A stretch of 54,342 bases of DNA, taken from positions 1 to 54,342 of the forward strand of contig JBAYUT010000001.1 of NCBI GenBank assembly GCA_041674945.1, given 5' to 3'. The position numbers were made by a program, and so were the translations under genes. This document shows positions 37,381 through 46,083 of this stretch, piece by piece (position 1 is the stretch's first letter; every line of letters starts with the position of its first letter). The notes under the pieces are model-generated. The model did not search any database and had not been told where the DNA came from. It saw only the letters and a program-made list of their open reading frames with translations. The stretch comes from Minisyncoccota bacterium (GTDB lineage: Bacteria; Patescibacteriota; Minisyncoccia; Phycocordibacterales; Phycocordibacteraceae).

Positions 37381-37983
37381 TCACGCCTCCTTACGGTTGG
37401 AGAGCGCGGCGCGCAGAGTCTCAGCATCCGAGTACTCAAGCTCGCTACCAGTGGCGAGGCCGCGACCAAGCACCGAGGTCTTTACGAGGTCGCGATAGGG
37501 CGCGAGCATAAGGCGTATGTGGTCTGCGGTATGCTCGCCCTCGCTCGTGGCCGAGAGCGCAAGCACGATCTCTTGCAACCCATTTTGGATGCGCCGCTCA
37601 AGTGCAGAGATGAGCTCTTTCTCACGAATACCACCCTTGCCCGTGAGCGTGAGCACGCCACCGAGTACGAAGTAACGACCCTTGTAGGTACCTGCGCGCT
37701 CTATGGCGGAAAGGTCCTGATCTTTCTCGACGAGCATCAGGAGCGAGTCATCACGACGCGCGTCGCCACAGTAGCTACAGACGAGCGCGCTCGAGCCATT
37801 GTAGAAGCGTAGGCAGTCGGGGCACTGGCGAACGTTTTTTCCTAAATCGGCAATAAGCTCAGCGAGCTTGGTGCGCTCGCTCGGCGGTATAGAAAGGAGG
37901 TGAAAGACAAAACGCTTACCCTGGCGAGGCCCAATGCCCGGTAGTCGCGCGAGCGCTTGAGCAAGTTCGTCGATTTTATCCAT
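37381..37983 (-). CDS. recR: recombination protein RecR
   Basis: HhH N-terminus (LARLPGIGPRQGKR), C4 zinc finger (CPDC...CSYC) and a Toprim domain. Confidence 0.95.
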   Translation of the reverse strand: MDKIDELAQALARLPGIGPRQGKRFVFHLLSIPPSERTKLAELIADLGKNVRQCPDCLRFYNGSSALVCSYCGDARRDDSLLMLVEKDQDLSAIERAGTYKGRYFVLGGVLTLTGKGGIREKELISALERRIQNGLQEIVLALSATSEGEHTADHIRLMLAPYRDLVKTSVLGRGLATGSELEYSDAETLRAALSNRKEA

Positions 37984-37991
37984 GCGTGCTT

Positions 37992-39377
37992 TTAAAATTC
38001 TGCCGCGAGGCCACCGTAGGCATTGTCGACCGACTGGAAGCTGGTGCGCTTATCGTCGAAGAAGAGCTCCACCGAGCCGGTGGGGCCGTTGCGGTGCTTC
38101 TCTATGAGTATCTCGGCAATGCCCGTACGGTCGGCCTCCTTAGCCGAATTAGCCTTATCATCGCGATGAATAAACATCACCACGTCGGCGTCCTGCTCGA
38201 TAGAGCCCGAGTCACGAAGGTCTGAGAGGCGTGGCTTCCCACCGCGCTTCTCCACATCACGCGAGAGCTGCGAGAGGGCAATCACCGGCACCTCAAGCTC
38301 ACGAGCGAGATTCTTGAGCGAGCGCGAGATCTCGGTGACCTGCTGCACCATCGAATCAGAGGCCTTGGTGTTGGTGGGCGTCATGAGCTGGAGGTAGTCG
38401 ACAATGATAAGCCCAATGCCGCGTTCACGCTTCAGGCGGCGTGCCACGGCACGCATGGCGAGGATGTTGTTGCCCGGCTTGTCGTCTATGTAGATGGGCG
38501 CCTTCGAGAGCGTCTCGAGCGCGTCGCGGATACGACCGAAGTCTTCCTCCTCCTTCACCTGGCCAGTGCGGAGCTTCCATGAGTTTACGAACGACTCTGC
38601 CGAGAGCATGCGGTCAATGATTTGCTCAGAGCTCATCTCGAGTGAGAAGATACCGACCGGCACGTTGTGACGCACGGCAGCATTGCGCGCTATATCGAGC
38701 GCGAGCGAGGTCTTACCAACCGAAGGACGCGCCGCAAGGATAACAAGGTCGGAGGGATGAAAACCGGAGAGCAGATTGTCGAGAACAGGGAAGCCAGAGG
38801 GGACGCCGCGGATACCGTCTTCACGCTTAGAGAGCGCCTCGATACGATCCCACGCGAGGTGAATCGTGTCGGCAATAGCGACGAACTTGTGCGCGGCCGA
38901 GGCGTTACCAATGGCGTACACACTCTTCTCTGCTTCATCGAGCACCTCCATGGTCTCTCGTGAGTCGTCATAGGCCGACTCACTAATGCCGTAGGCGGCG
39001 TCGATAAGCGCGCGCATGAGGTACTTGCGCGAGACCAGTTCGGCATAGTGCGAGAAGTTGCCGGGCGCTGGTGCTGCGCTCGCGAGCTCTGCCAAATAGC
39101 TGCGGCCACCCGCGCGCTCCAGGAGCCCCTGGTTCTGCAAACGCTCTGAGAGCGTGAGCTGGTCGATAGGCTCGCCCCGCTCAGAGAGTTCGCGCATCGC
39201 GCTGAAGATAATCCGGTGCTTCTCGGCATAAAAGGAGTCCCCGTGAATAAGGTCAGAGACGTCGTGAATAGCATCGGGCTTGAGGAGGAGCGCTCCGAGC
39301 AAGGCCCGCTCAGACTCGAGCGACTGGGGCGGCACTCGAGTGGCAGAGTTCTGAGGAGAGGTTTTCGCGGTAGCCAT
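37992..39377 (-). CDS. dnaB: replicative DNA helicase DnaB
   Basis: PPQSLESERALLGALL N-terminus and Walker A ARPSVGKTSLAL. 461 aa. Confidence 0.96.
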   Translation of the reverse strand: MATAKTSPQNSATRVPPQSLESERALLGALLLKPDAIHDVSDLIHGDSFYAEKHRIIFSAMRELSERGEPIDQLTLSERLQNQGLLERAGGRSYLAELASAAPAPGNFSHYAELVSRKYLMRALIDAAYGISESAYDDSRETMEVLDEAEKSVYAIGNASAAHKFVAIADTIHLAWDRIEALSKREDGIRGVPSGFPVLDNLLSGFHPSDLVILAARPSVGKTSLALDIARNAAVRHNVPVGIFSLEMSSEQIIDRMLSAESFVNSWKLRTGQVKEEEDFGRIRDALETLSKAPIYIDDKPGNNILAMRAVARRLKRERGIGLIIVDYLQLMTPTNTKASDSMVQQVTEISRSLKNLARELEVPVIALSQLSRDVEKRGGKPRLSDLRDSGSIEQDADVVMFIHRDDKANSAKEADRTGIAEILIEKHRNGPTGSVELFFDDKRTSFQSVDNAYGGLAAEF

Positions 39378-39390
39378 TGCTACCAGTGTA

Positions 39391-40863
39391 TCAAAGAGTG
39401 GTCTTGGTCAACACCGCCCCAGAGGGCCCGTCGTCCACACGATATCCCCGTTGCGCTATCTCGCCTCGGAGACGGTCCGCCTCTTCAAAGTCTTTGCCGG
39501 AGCGCGCAGTGTTGCGCTCCCGCAGAAGAGCGCGTACCTCCTCAGGAATCTCGCTCTCCGGGACAGCGCCCGCTCGTGGCGGATTGATCAGAGAGAGCCC
39601 CAGGTGCGCCTCAGCATCCTCAATGAGGCCCCATTTCTCCTCAGGGGCGTAGTCCTCAGACCTAAGCGCTTCCCAGAGGACGCCGAGCGCCTGAGGCGTG
39701 GAGAGGTCATCGCGCAGCAATGCAAGGAAATTGACCCGTGCCTCGGAGGGGTGGCTCACCCGCTTAGACTCCTCTGCGATACGCTGTGCCGTAGCCCAAA
39801 GACGGTCGAGTCCTGCAGCAGCACCAGCAAGCGCCTCCCACGAGAAGGAGAGGGGAGAGCGATAATGCGCCTGGAGGAAGAAGTAACGAAGGGCGAGCGG
39901 ATGGAAGCCTCTCTCAATAAGGTCGGCGAGCACAAAACCGTTACCGAGTGACTTTGAGATCTTCTCGCCGCCTACCGTGAGAAACGCGTTGTGGAGCCAG
40001 TACCGCGCAAAAGGTCGCCCGCTCGCCGCCTCTGACTGCGCGATCTCGTTGTTATGGTGCACCGCGATATGATCCTCGCCGCCGGTGTGTATATCGATCT
40101 CTTGGCCCAACAACGAGCGCACCATGGCAGAACACTCGATATGCCAGCCAGGGAAGCCCATACCCCACGGGCTTTGCCACCCCAGTTTTGTATCTGGCTT
40201 CCATAACACAAAGTCGGCGGGGCTGCGCTTCTCACTGTTGGTCTGAGCGCGCGAACCTTGTACCTGTGCGTCTACGTTAATGCCGCCCAACTTGCCATAG
40301 CCATGGAAACGCGCCGTATCGAAGTAGACACCTTGTTTGGTTCTATACGCATACCCTTTTTGTTCGAGCGTGCGTATGAGCGCTATCTGTTCGGGAATGT
40401 AGTCACTTGCCCGCGGGAAACGAATCGACTCAGTGTCCACATTCAGCGCTTCAAGGTCGCTCATAAAGAGCGCGGCGTACTGCTCAGCAAGCACGCGCAT
40501 ATTAGCCATCGTAAGCTCGAGCCCTTCACGTTTAAGCCCTTTCGTCATCTTGTCCTCACCCTCGTCACCATCGGAAACGAGGTGGCCAAAGTCAGTGATA
40601 TTAATCACGCGGTTCACTCGATACTGCGCACCCGCAAGCACTCGGGCCAACGTATCAGAGAATACATACGACCGGAGGTTACCTATTTGGGCCGGGCCAT
40701 AGACGGTTGGCCCACACGAGTACAACAAGACCACACCTGGCTTCTGCGAAATGAACACCTCGCGCTCGCCCGAGAGCGTATTGCTTAGAAAAACGCGCGC
40801 CGCACGCTCACTTACCGGCGCCGTACGACCAGCGAAAAATCTGTTAATCCACTTCATACGCAA
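39391..40863 (-). CDS. cysS: cysteine--tRNA ligase
   Basis: [15 protein letters not shown] (HIGH region) and KISKSLGN (KMSKS). The start is uncertain (TTG at 40863). Confidence 0.93.
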   Translation of the reverse strand: MRMKWINRFFAGRTAPVSERAARVFLSNTLSGEREVFISQKPGVVLLYSCGPTVYGPAQIGNLRSYVFSDTLARVLAGAQYRVNRVINITDFGHLVSDGDEGEDKMTKGLKREGLELTMANMRVLAEQYAALFMSDLEALNVDTESIRFPRASDYIPEQIALIRTLEQKGYAYRTKQGVYFDTARFHGYGKLGGINVDAQVQGSRAQTNSEKRSPADFVLWKPDTKLGWQSPWGMGFPGWHIECSAMVRSLLGQEIDIHTGGEDHIAVHHNNEIAQSEAASGRPFARYWLHNAFLTVGGEKISKSLGNGFVLADLIERGFHPLALRYFFLQAHYRSPLSFSWEALAGAAAGLDRLWATAQRIAEESKRVSHPSEARVNFLALLRDDLSTPQALGVLWEALRSEDYAPEEKWGLIEDAEAHLGLSLINPPRAGAVPESEIPEEVRALLRERNTARSGKDFEEADRLRGEIAQRGYRVDDGPSGAVLTKTTL

Positions 40864-40955
40864 GACAACGAGGCAGGGAAGGGGAGAGTGTCATAGGAGC
40901 AGAATACCATGAGCCCCTTGGCCTCATGGGGCGCGTGGTACAATGAGCAAAACCT

Positions 40956-42197
40956 ATGCCGACCACCCTCTACAAAAGTCTTGTTGCCCGCGGCATCTCC
41001 TTTGCTCTCATCGCATCGGTAGCCTTCGGGGCAGGCATACTGGTGGGGAACACGGGTTCTGCCGCCGCCGTCATTACGCATATACCACTCGTCGGAGACG
41101 GTCTCGACGCGAGCCCCGACCACACCGTCGACCTCACCGCGTTTTGGAAGGCCTGGAACGCACTCCGTGCCAACTACGTCATCACGCACGCTTCTTCAAC
41201 TCTTCCCACCAACAAGGAGATGCTGTACGGCGCAATCAAGGGCCTCGCGAGCTCGTATAACGATCCCTATACCGTCTTCATGCCACCAGCAGAGGCAAAG
41301 AGCTTTGCAGAGAGCATTTCAGGAAGCTTTGGCGGCGTGGGCATGGAGATCGATGTGAAAGACGGCGTCCTCACGGTTATTGCACCACTCAAGGGCACGC
41401 CGGCAGAGGCCGCTGGCATTACTGCGGGCGACCAGGTTGTCGCTATCGATGGCAAAACGACTGACGGCCTCTCCACTGAGGCTGCCGTGAGCAAGATTCG
41501 CGGACCACTCGGCTCAACCGTGACTCTCACCATTGTACGCAACGGGGCTCTGCAGGAGGTGAAGATTGTCCGCGCGACAATCCAAGTGCCCGAGACTGAG
41601 GACGAGCTCGACACCAGCAACGGCGTGTACCGCATTGCGCTCTTTGAGTTTAGCGGCAACTCGGCCGAGCACTTCGAAGAAGCCCTCACTCGGTTCAAGA
41701 ACTCAGGTGCCAACAAGCTCATCATCGACTTGCGCGGCAACCCAGGCGGGTACCTCGACGCCTCGGTCGATATCGCGAGCCACTTCCTCCCCAAGGGAGC
41801 CACCGTTGTGACCGAAGACTTCGATGGTAAGGAGAAGAATCAAGTGCACACCAGCGCGGGCTATGGTGGCGTGCCGCGCACCGCGAAGATTGTCGTGCTT
41901 ATCGACGGCGGGTCAGCCTCTGCGTCTGAGATACTTGCAGGGGCTCTGCAAGACGCTCGGCTCGCAACCCTCATAGGCACCAAGTCGTTCGGCAAGGGTT
42001 CCGTGCAGCAGCTTATCCCGCTCGATGGCGGCTCGCTCAAGGTCACCGTCGCGCGGTGGATTACACCATCGGGGCACTGGATCATGGGTAACGGCATAAC
42101 CCCCGATATCATCGTGCCGTTCACCAAGAAAGACGCCGACACTAAGCAGGACCCACAAATGGCTCGTGCCGTGCAGTTTTTGACGACAGGCAAATAG
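40956..42197 (+). CDS. S41 family carboxyl-terminal processing protease
   Basis: N-terminal anchor, PDZ domain (AGITAGDQVVAIDG), catalytic GGSASASEILAGAL and SFGKGSVQ. Confidence 0.9.
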   Translation: MPTTLYKSLVARGISFALIASVAFGAGILVGNTGSAAAVITHIPLVGDGLDASPDHTVDLTAFWKAWNALRANYVITHASSTLPTNKEMLYGAIKGLASSYNDPYTVFMPPAEAKSFAESISGSFGGVGMEIDVKDGVLTVIAPLKGTPAEAAGITAGDQVVAIDGKTTDGLSTEAAVSKIRGPLGSTVTLTIVRNGALQEVKIVRATIQVPETEDELDTSNGVYRIALFEFSGNSAEHFEEALTRFKNSGANKLIIDLRGNPGGYLDASVDIASHFLPKGATVVTEDFDGKEKNQVHTSAGYGGVPRTAKIVVLIDGGSASASEILAGALQDARLATLIGTKSFGKGSVQQLIPLDGGSLKVTVARWITPSGHWIMGNGITPDIIVPFTKKDADTKQDPQMARAVQFLTTGK

Positions 42198-42216
42198 TCA
42201 GGTACAGTGGCAGGAT

Positions 42217-42660
42217 ATGAAAGTAATTTTAACGAAGGACGTGAAGGGCATTGGGCGCAAGCACGAGACGGTCGTCACCGCCGACGGCTACGCGCTGAAC
42301 TATCTTATTCCTGGCAAATACGCGGTCGCTGCCACCCTTGGTGCTACCAATGGAGCTGCTATACACCTCAAGAAGGCGGCCGATCGCAGAGCGATCGATG
42401 CGAAGCTCCTCGAGCAGAATTTTGCCTCTCTCGCTGAAGCTAAGATTGTCATCAAAGCCAAGGCAAATGAAAAGGGTCACCTCTACGACGGTATAGGTGC
42501 TACAGAGCTCGCGCAAGCTGCCAAGGAGCAGGCAGGTATCGACCTCCCAGAAGATGCCATCAAGCTTGAAAAGCCAATCAAGGAGCTCGGGACTTTTGAG
42601 ATAGCCATTGCAGAGGGTGAACTGTTCGGAAAGTTCTCAGTCACTATCGAGGCAGAGTAG
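42217..42660 (+). CDS. rplI: 50S ribosomal protein L9
   Basis: MKVILTKDVKGIGRKHETVVTADGYALNYLIP is a typical L9 N-domain. Confidence 0.93.
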   Translation: MKVILTKDVKGIGRKHETVVTADGYALNYLIPGKYAVAATLGATNGAAIHLKKAADRRAIDAKLLEQNFASLAEAKIVIKAKANEKGHLYDGIGATELAQAAKEQAGIDLPEDAIKLEKPIKELGTFEIAIAEGELFGKFSVTIEAE

Positions 42661-42674
42661 CCGGCTGCAAAAGC

Positions 42675-42710
42675 AAAGACCCCTGCGGCCCATGGGCCGC
42701 AGGGGTCTTT
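42675..42710. terminator. bidirectional terminator between rplI and rpmA
   Basis: 16-bp perfect palindromic stem AAAGACCCCTGCGGCC-CATG-GGCCGCAGGGGTCTTT. Confidence 0.8.
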
Positions 42711-42716
42711 GATTAT

Positions 42717-42989
42717 TTAGACTACGTCAACTACTTTCTTCTGTGAGATGCGGCCCGTAAACGAGGTCTTGCGCATAGTACGGAATGCCACCTTGCCCGC
42801 AGTCATTGCAAAGAGTGTGTGGTCGCGGCCCACCTTTACATTCTTGCCTGCCTCTATCTTAGTGCCGCGCTGGCGCACAATGACCATGCCCGGGCGCGCA
42901 GAAGAACCGTCCGCAAGCTTTACGCCGAGGTATTTAGGATTTGATGTATTGAGGTTTTTTGCTGAGCCGCCAGCCTTTGTTGATGCCAT
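42717..42989 (-). CDS. rpmA: 50S ribosomal protein L27
   Basis: [20 protein letters not shown]...VRQRGTK matches the L27 signature. Confidence 0.95.
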   Translation of the reverse strand: MASTKAGGSAKNLNTSNPKYLGVKLADGSSARPGMVIVRQRGTKIEAGKNVKVGRDHTLFAMTAGKVAFRTMRKTSFTGRISQKKVVDVV

Positions 42990-43008
42990 AGTGCTATAGT
43001 TTTACCTG

Positions 43009-43362
43009 ATGAATATAGCAGATATACGGGAAAAGTGCAAAAAGACCCTCGCTGCCATCCCTCGAGACATTCTCATTATCAGCATCCTCCTACTTGCCTC
43101 TATAACAAGCTTTTGCCTAGGGTTCTTGGCCGGCCGAGACTACAAATTGTTGGGGCAGGGGAGTGGCTTCTCCACAGAAGGGGCTCGCAGCCCGACAAAC
43201 ACTTCGGAGGAGGTCGTCGCCTCGAAGGCGGGCACCAAGTACTACCCGCCTACCTGCGCGGGTGCTAAAAGAATATCTAAGGAGAACAGAATCTACTTCG
43301 CCTCACCTTATCTTGCGCGCGCGCAAGGCTACGAACCAGCGGATAATTGCACCGGTCTGTAA
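43009..43362 (+). CDS. hypothetical membrane-anchored protein
   Basis: 117 aa with one TM helix. The C-terminal KYYPPTCAGAKRI...FASPYLARAQGYEPADNC has two Cys-containing segments. Confidence 0.6.
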   Translation: MNIADIREKCKKTLAAIPRDILIISILLLASITSFCLGFLAGRDYKLLGQGSGFSTEGARSPTNTSEEVVASKAGTKYYPPTCAGAKRISKENRIYFASPYLARAQGYEPADNCTGL

Positions 43363-43386
43363 ATTTCGTCTGCTACAATAAACGCA

Positions 43387-44109
43387 ATGATGGACGATGC
43401 ACAGATGGGCGAGCACCTTGCCAAGGCAATACACGAAGGGCAGCGCACCATGCCCGAGACTCGTCCGCTCCTCGTGTGCAAGCCACGCACTATGGAGCCG
43501 TGGCGCATCTTCCGGATTATGTCGGAGTTTGTCGAGGGATTTGACATACTAAGGAAATATGGTTTGGCAGCTACTTTCTTCGGCAGCGCTCGCTTGGAGC
43601 CCAGCGACCCTGAGTACAAGCAAGTGCAAGAACTTGCGGGCCGTCTTGCCGAGAGAGGCTTCGCGGTAATTACGGGCGGCAGTGCTGGCGTCATGCGGGC
43701 GGCCAACCAAGGCGCTTTTGAAAAAGGCGGTGGCTCAGTCGGTCTCAATATCGAGCTACCAATAGCGCAGGCCGACAACCCGTACCTTACCGAGAAGTAC
43801 GCCTTCCATCACTTCTTTGTACGTAAAGTGATGCTGACCTATGCTTCGGAGGTCTACGTGTATTTCCCGGGCGGCTTCGGGACACTCGACGAGTTTTTTG
43901 AGATCATCACCCTCATACAGACCAAAAAGATTCGGCGCGTACCGATCGTATTGTTTGATAGAGAGTACTGGAATCCATTGTTGACCTTTTTTAAGGAAAA
44001 GATGTTGGAAGAGCGCGGCGCAATTGATGAGAAAGATTTGGAGCTCTATAAGGTCGTAGACAGCGTTGACGAGGCGTTTGAGTACATTAGTACAAACGTG
44101 ACCTGCTAG
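43387..44109 (+). CDS. LOG family (TIGR00730) nucleotide phosphoribohydrolase-like protein
   Basis: ITGGSAGVMRAANQGA and PGGFGTLDEFFE motifs. Confidence 0.88.
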   Translation: MMDDAQMGEHLAKAIHEGQRTMPETRPLLVCKPRTMEPWRIFRIMSEFVEGFDILRKYGLAATFFGSARLEPSDPEYKQVQELAGRLAERGFAVITGGSAGVMRAANQGAFEKGGGSVGLNIELPIAQADNPYLTEKYAFHHFFVRKVMLTYASEVYVYFPGGFGTLDEFFEIITLIQTKKIRRVPIVLFDREYWNPLLTFFKEKMLEERGAIDEKDLELYKVVDSVDEAFEYISTNVTC

Positions 44110-44440
44110 GGCTGTGCAGAGGGGCAGAGCAGCCCCTCTCTTGCCGTAGCCGAAGTGCGCACAATATACCTTTTGCGCACTTATATCTGGCCAAGCCAAG
44201 CCCCTCTTGGGCCGCAGCGGTTTCTGCTCCCGGCTCGCACATGCCTACTTTTGGTCCTGCACCACATTGTGCGCCGTTACGGAGAACTCTCAGACCATTT
44301 TCTGCGTCCGCGCGGTGAGCATTGTCTGAAAATTGACACAGGGCAAATGACGTGACATTCTGCACGACAGAGGGGGAGTCTCCCCTTCCCCACGATTGGC
44401 GGTTGGGTGTACGAGCGCATAGGCGCAGAGGAGTAGCACA

Positions 44441-45004
44441 TTGGAACATAATCAAATGATATTTATCATCGTCCGAGCGGGCGCTGCAGAGCACGTTACA
44501 CTCGACGACAAATCGCGTCTGCTCACACCAGTCGGGATCGCGAAGGTTGGAGGGCTGCGTACGGCAGTGCACAAGGAGCTTTCCGGGCGCGCCACGCAGG
44601 TGATCACTTCGCCGGCAAATCGCGCACTCCATACAGCCGGAATCCTTGCGCCACCGAAGGTCGCTGGGCTCTCGGCCATCGATGAGCTGTACTATCCTGA
44701 CTGTGCGGAGGATCGCGGAGCAATACGCCGAGTGTGCAACCGAGCCTGCACGCCGCTTCTGAGGTGCCTCGAGGAGATCCCTGGGCCGATGCTGAAGCTG
44801 GGCTTCTCGGCAGTTAAGGGCATCACGAGCATCATCGGGCGCCAGACGAGCGCAGTGATCATCGTGACCCACAACCCTTTCACCGGAATCGTGGGCATCG
44901 GGCTGAGCGGGACCCACACCGACCGCCTATTGCATGTGGGTCTGAATCCAGGCGAAGGGTTCCTCCTCGACGGCGAGCGCTTCGAGATTCTCAACCACCA
45001 CTGA
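44441..45004 (+). CDS. histidine-phosphatase-superfamily-like protein lacking the catalytic His (RAG instead of RHG)
   Basis: IFIIVRAGAAEH, LTPVGI and SPANRALHTAG mirror the SixA/PGM-family layout. TTG start with AGAGGAG 7 nt upstream. Confidence 0.55.
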   Translation: MEHNQMIFIIVRAGAAEHVTLDDKSRLLTPVGIAKVGGLRTAVHKELSGRATQVITSPANRALHTAGILAPPKVAGLSAIDELYYPDCAEDRGAIRRVCNRACTPLLRCLEEIPGPMLKLGFSAVKGITSIIGRQTSAVIIVTHNPFTGIVGIGLSGTHTDRLLHVGLNPGEGFLLDGERFEILNHH

Positions 45005-45207
45005 GCAGCCCCCACGGGGCCGTCAGAAACAAGAGAGACCGTTTCTCGTCCCGCACATACCAAGCAGGTACTGTGCAGGGACGGGACGGTCTCTTAGATT
45101 TTGTATCGAGAGATGTTTGACATGAGACGTTCGCGTGTTATCGTACACACAGGTAGGGAGGGTCCCCTTCCCTTTTGATCTTGACGTTACTTGTAGAAGG
45201 AGGAGAT

Positions 45208-45774
45208 ATGCGAATAGTAGCGATACACTGCGCAGAGGCAGTGCAAGGACTGGGCGGTGACGGGAACTGCGGCCTAACCCCCGCAGGAATCCGGCAGTCC
45301 AGGCTTTGTCTGACCAGGCTCACGGGCCTTGACTTCGCGCCAAGCTTGGGGCTTATGCCCCCGTATCGACGGGCAGTCGAGACGGCAGGGCAGATCCTGC
45401 CGGCAACCTTCCAAAAGATCCTCGAGCTCACCGAGCTCGGCTACCCCACGGGGGAGGACTACTCGAGGATGAAAATTGCCGCGCGCGGACTCTCGGGAGC
45501 GACGGCGCTCCGCTACCTCGAGGAGCAGGGACAGCACAGCTGGCTCGCCAGCTGGGGAGCCCTCGGCGCCTCCGCTGTCTGGGAGGCTGTTGAGGAAGCT
45601 GGCGGCGAGAACACTCTGAGTGACGTGCTCATCGTCGGCCTCGACCGGGTCCTGCTCACGGCACTCGGGAGCGTGCTGTTCACCCAACACGCGAGTGATC
45701 TTCTGCACGCTGGGTTCGGCGAAGCCGAGGGGTTCGTCGTCGACAACCGTACTCTGGTACAAATCCGGATCTGA
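45208..45774 (+). CDS. paralogue of 44441-45004, also without the RHG histidine
   Basis: RIVAIHCAEAV, LTPAGI and PYRRAVETAG. AGGAGG SD before the ATG at 45208, with a terminator downstream. Confidence 0.55.
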   Translation: MRIVAIHCAEAVQGLGGDGNCGLTPAGIRQSRLCLTRLTGLDFAPSLGLMPPYRRAVETAGQILPATFQKILELTELGYPTGEDYSRMKIAARGLSGATALRYLEEQGQHSWLASWGALGASAVWEAVEEAGGENTLSDVLIVGLDRVLLTALGSVLFTQHASDLLHAGFGEAEGFVVDNRTLVQIRI

Positions 45775-45861
45775 GGCTCGCACCGACAAAAGAGACCGCT
45801 TCCGTTCTCGCGTACGCACATTGGTGCGACGCAAGGCGGGGACGGCTCTTTTCTTTTTATA

Positions 45862-46068
45862 CTAGTTCGAGAAGAGGGCGATGAGCCAATGCCAGATACC
45901 TAGAATGAAGTTCCAAATTTGCAATGCAATCTGATAGGCGAACCCAAAATTCTCCTGTCCCGTGGGCGAGTTTATAATCGCCTGTATAGAAATACCGAAG
46001 AATGACAGCGCAAGCAGCAACACCGCAATCCAGAAAATGAGTCGTAGCATATTGTTCTTATTATACAC
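45862..46068 (-). CDS. small two-TM membrane protein
   Basis: 68-aa ORF directly downstream of the PEP-utilising enzyme gene, with two clear hydrophobic helices. Confidence 0.5.
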   Translation of the reverse strand: MYNKNNMLRLIFWIAVLLLALSFFGISIQAIINSPTGQENFGFAYQIALQIWNFILGIWHWLIALFSN

Positions 46069-46083
46069 TCGCCTACCCTGTCG

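Larger units (their letters stand above)
36239..37470. mobile_element. single-gene insertion into the recR 3' end, flanked by about 90-bp diverged direct repeats
   Basis: Two recR 3'-end copies bracket a lower-GC 1,023-bp gene. No integrase is present in the window. Confidence 0.5.

Noticed and set aside
44087-44917. 276-aa minus-strand ORF spanning the LOG/phosphatase-like intergenic region
   Set aside because: It overlaps the 3' end of the LOG gene, a 330-bp intergenic region with hairpins, and most of the + strand gene 44441-45004. Its composition is Arg/Cys/Ala-rich, with no start context.
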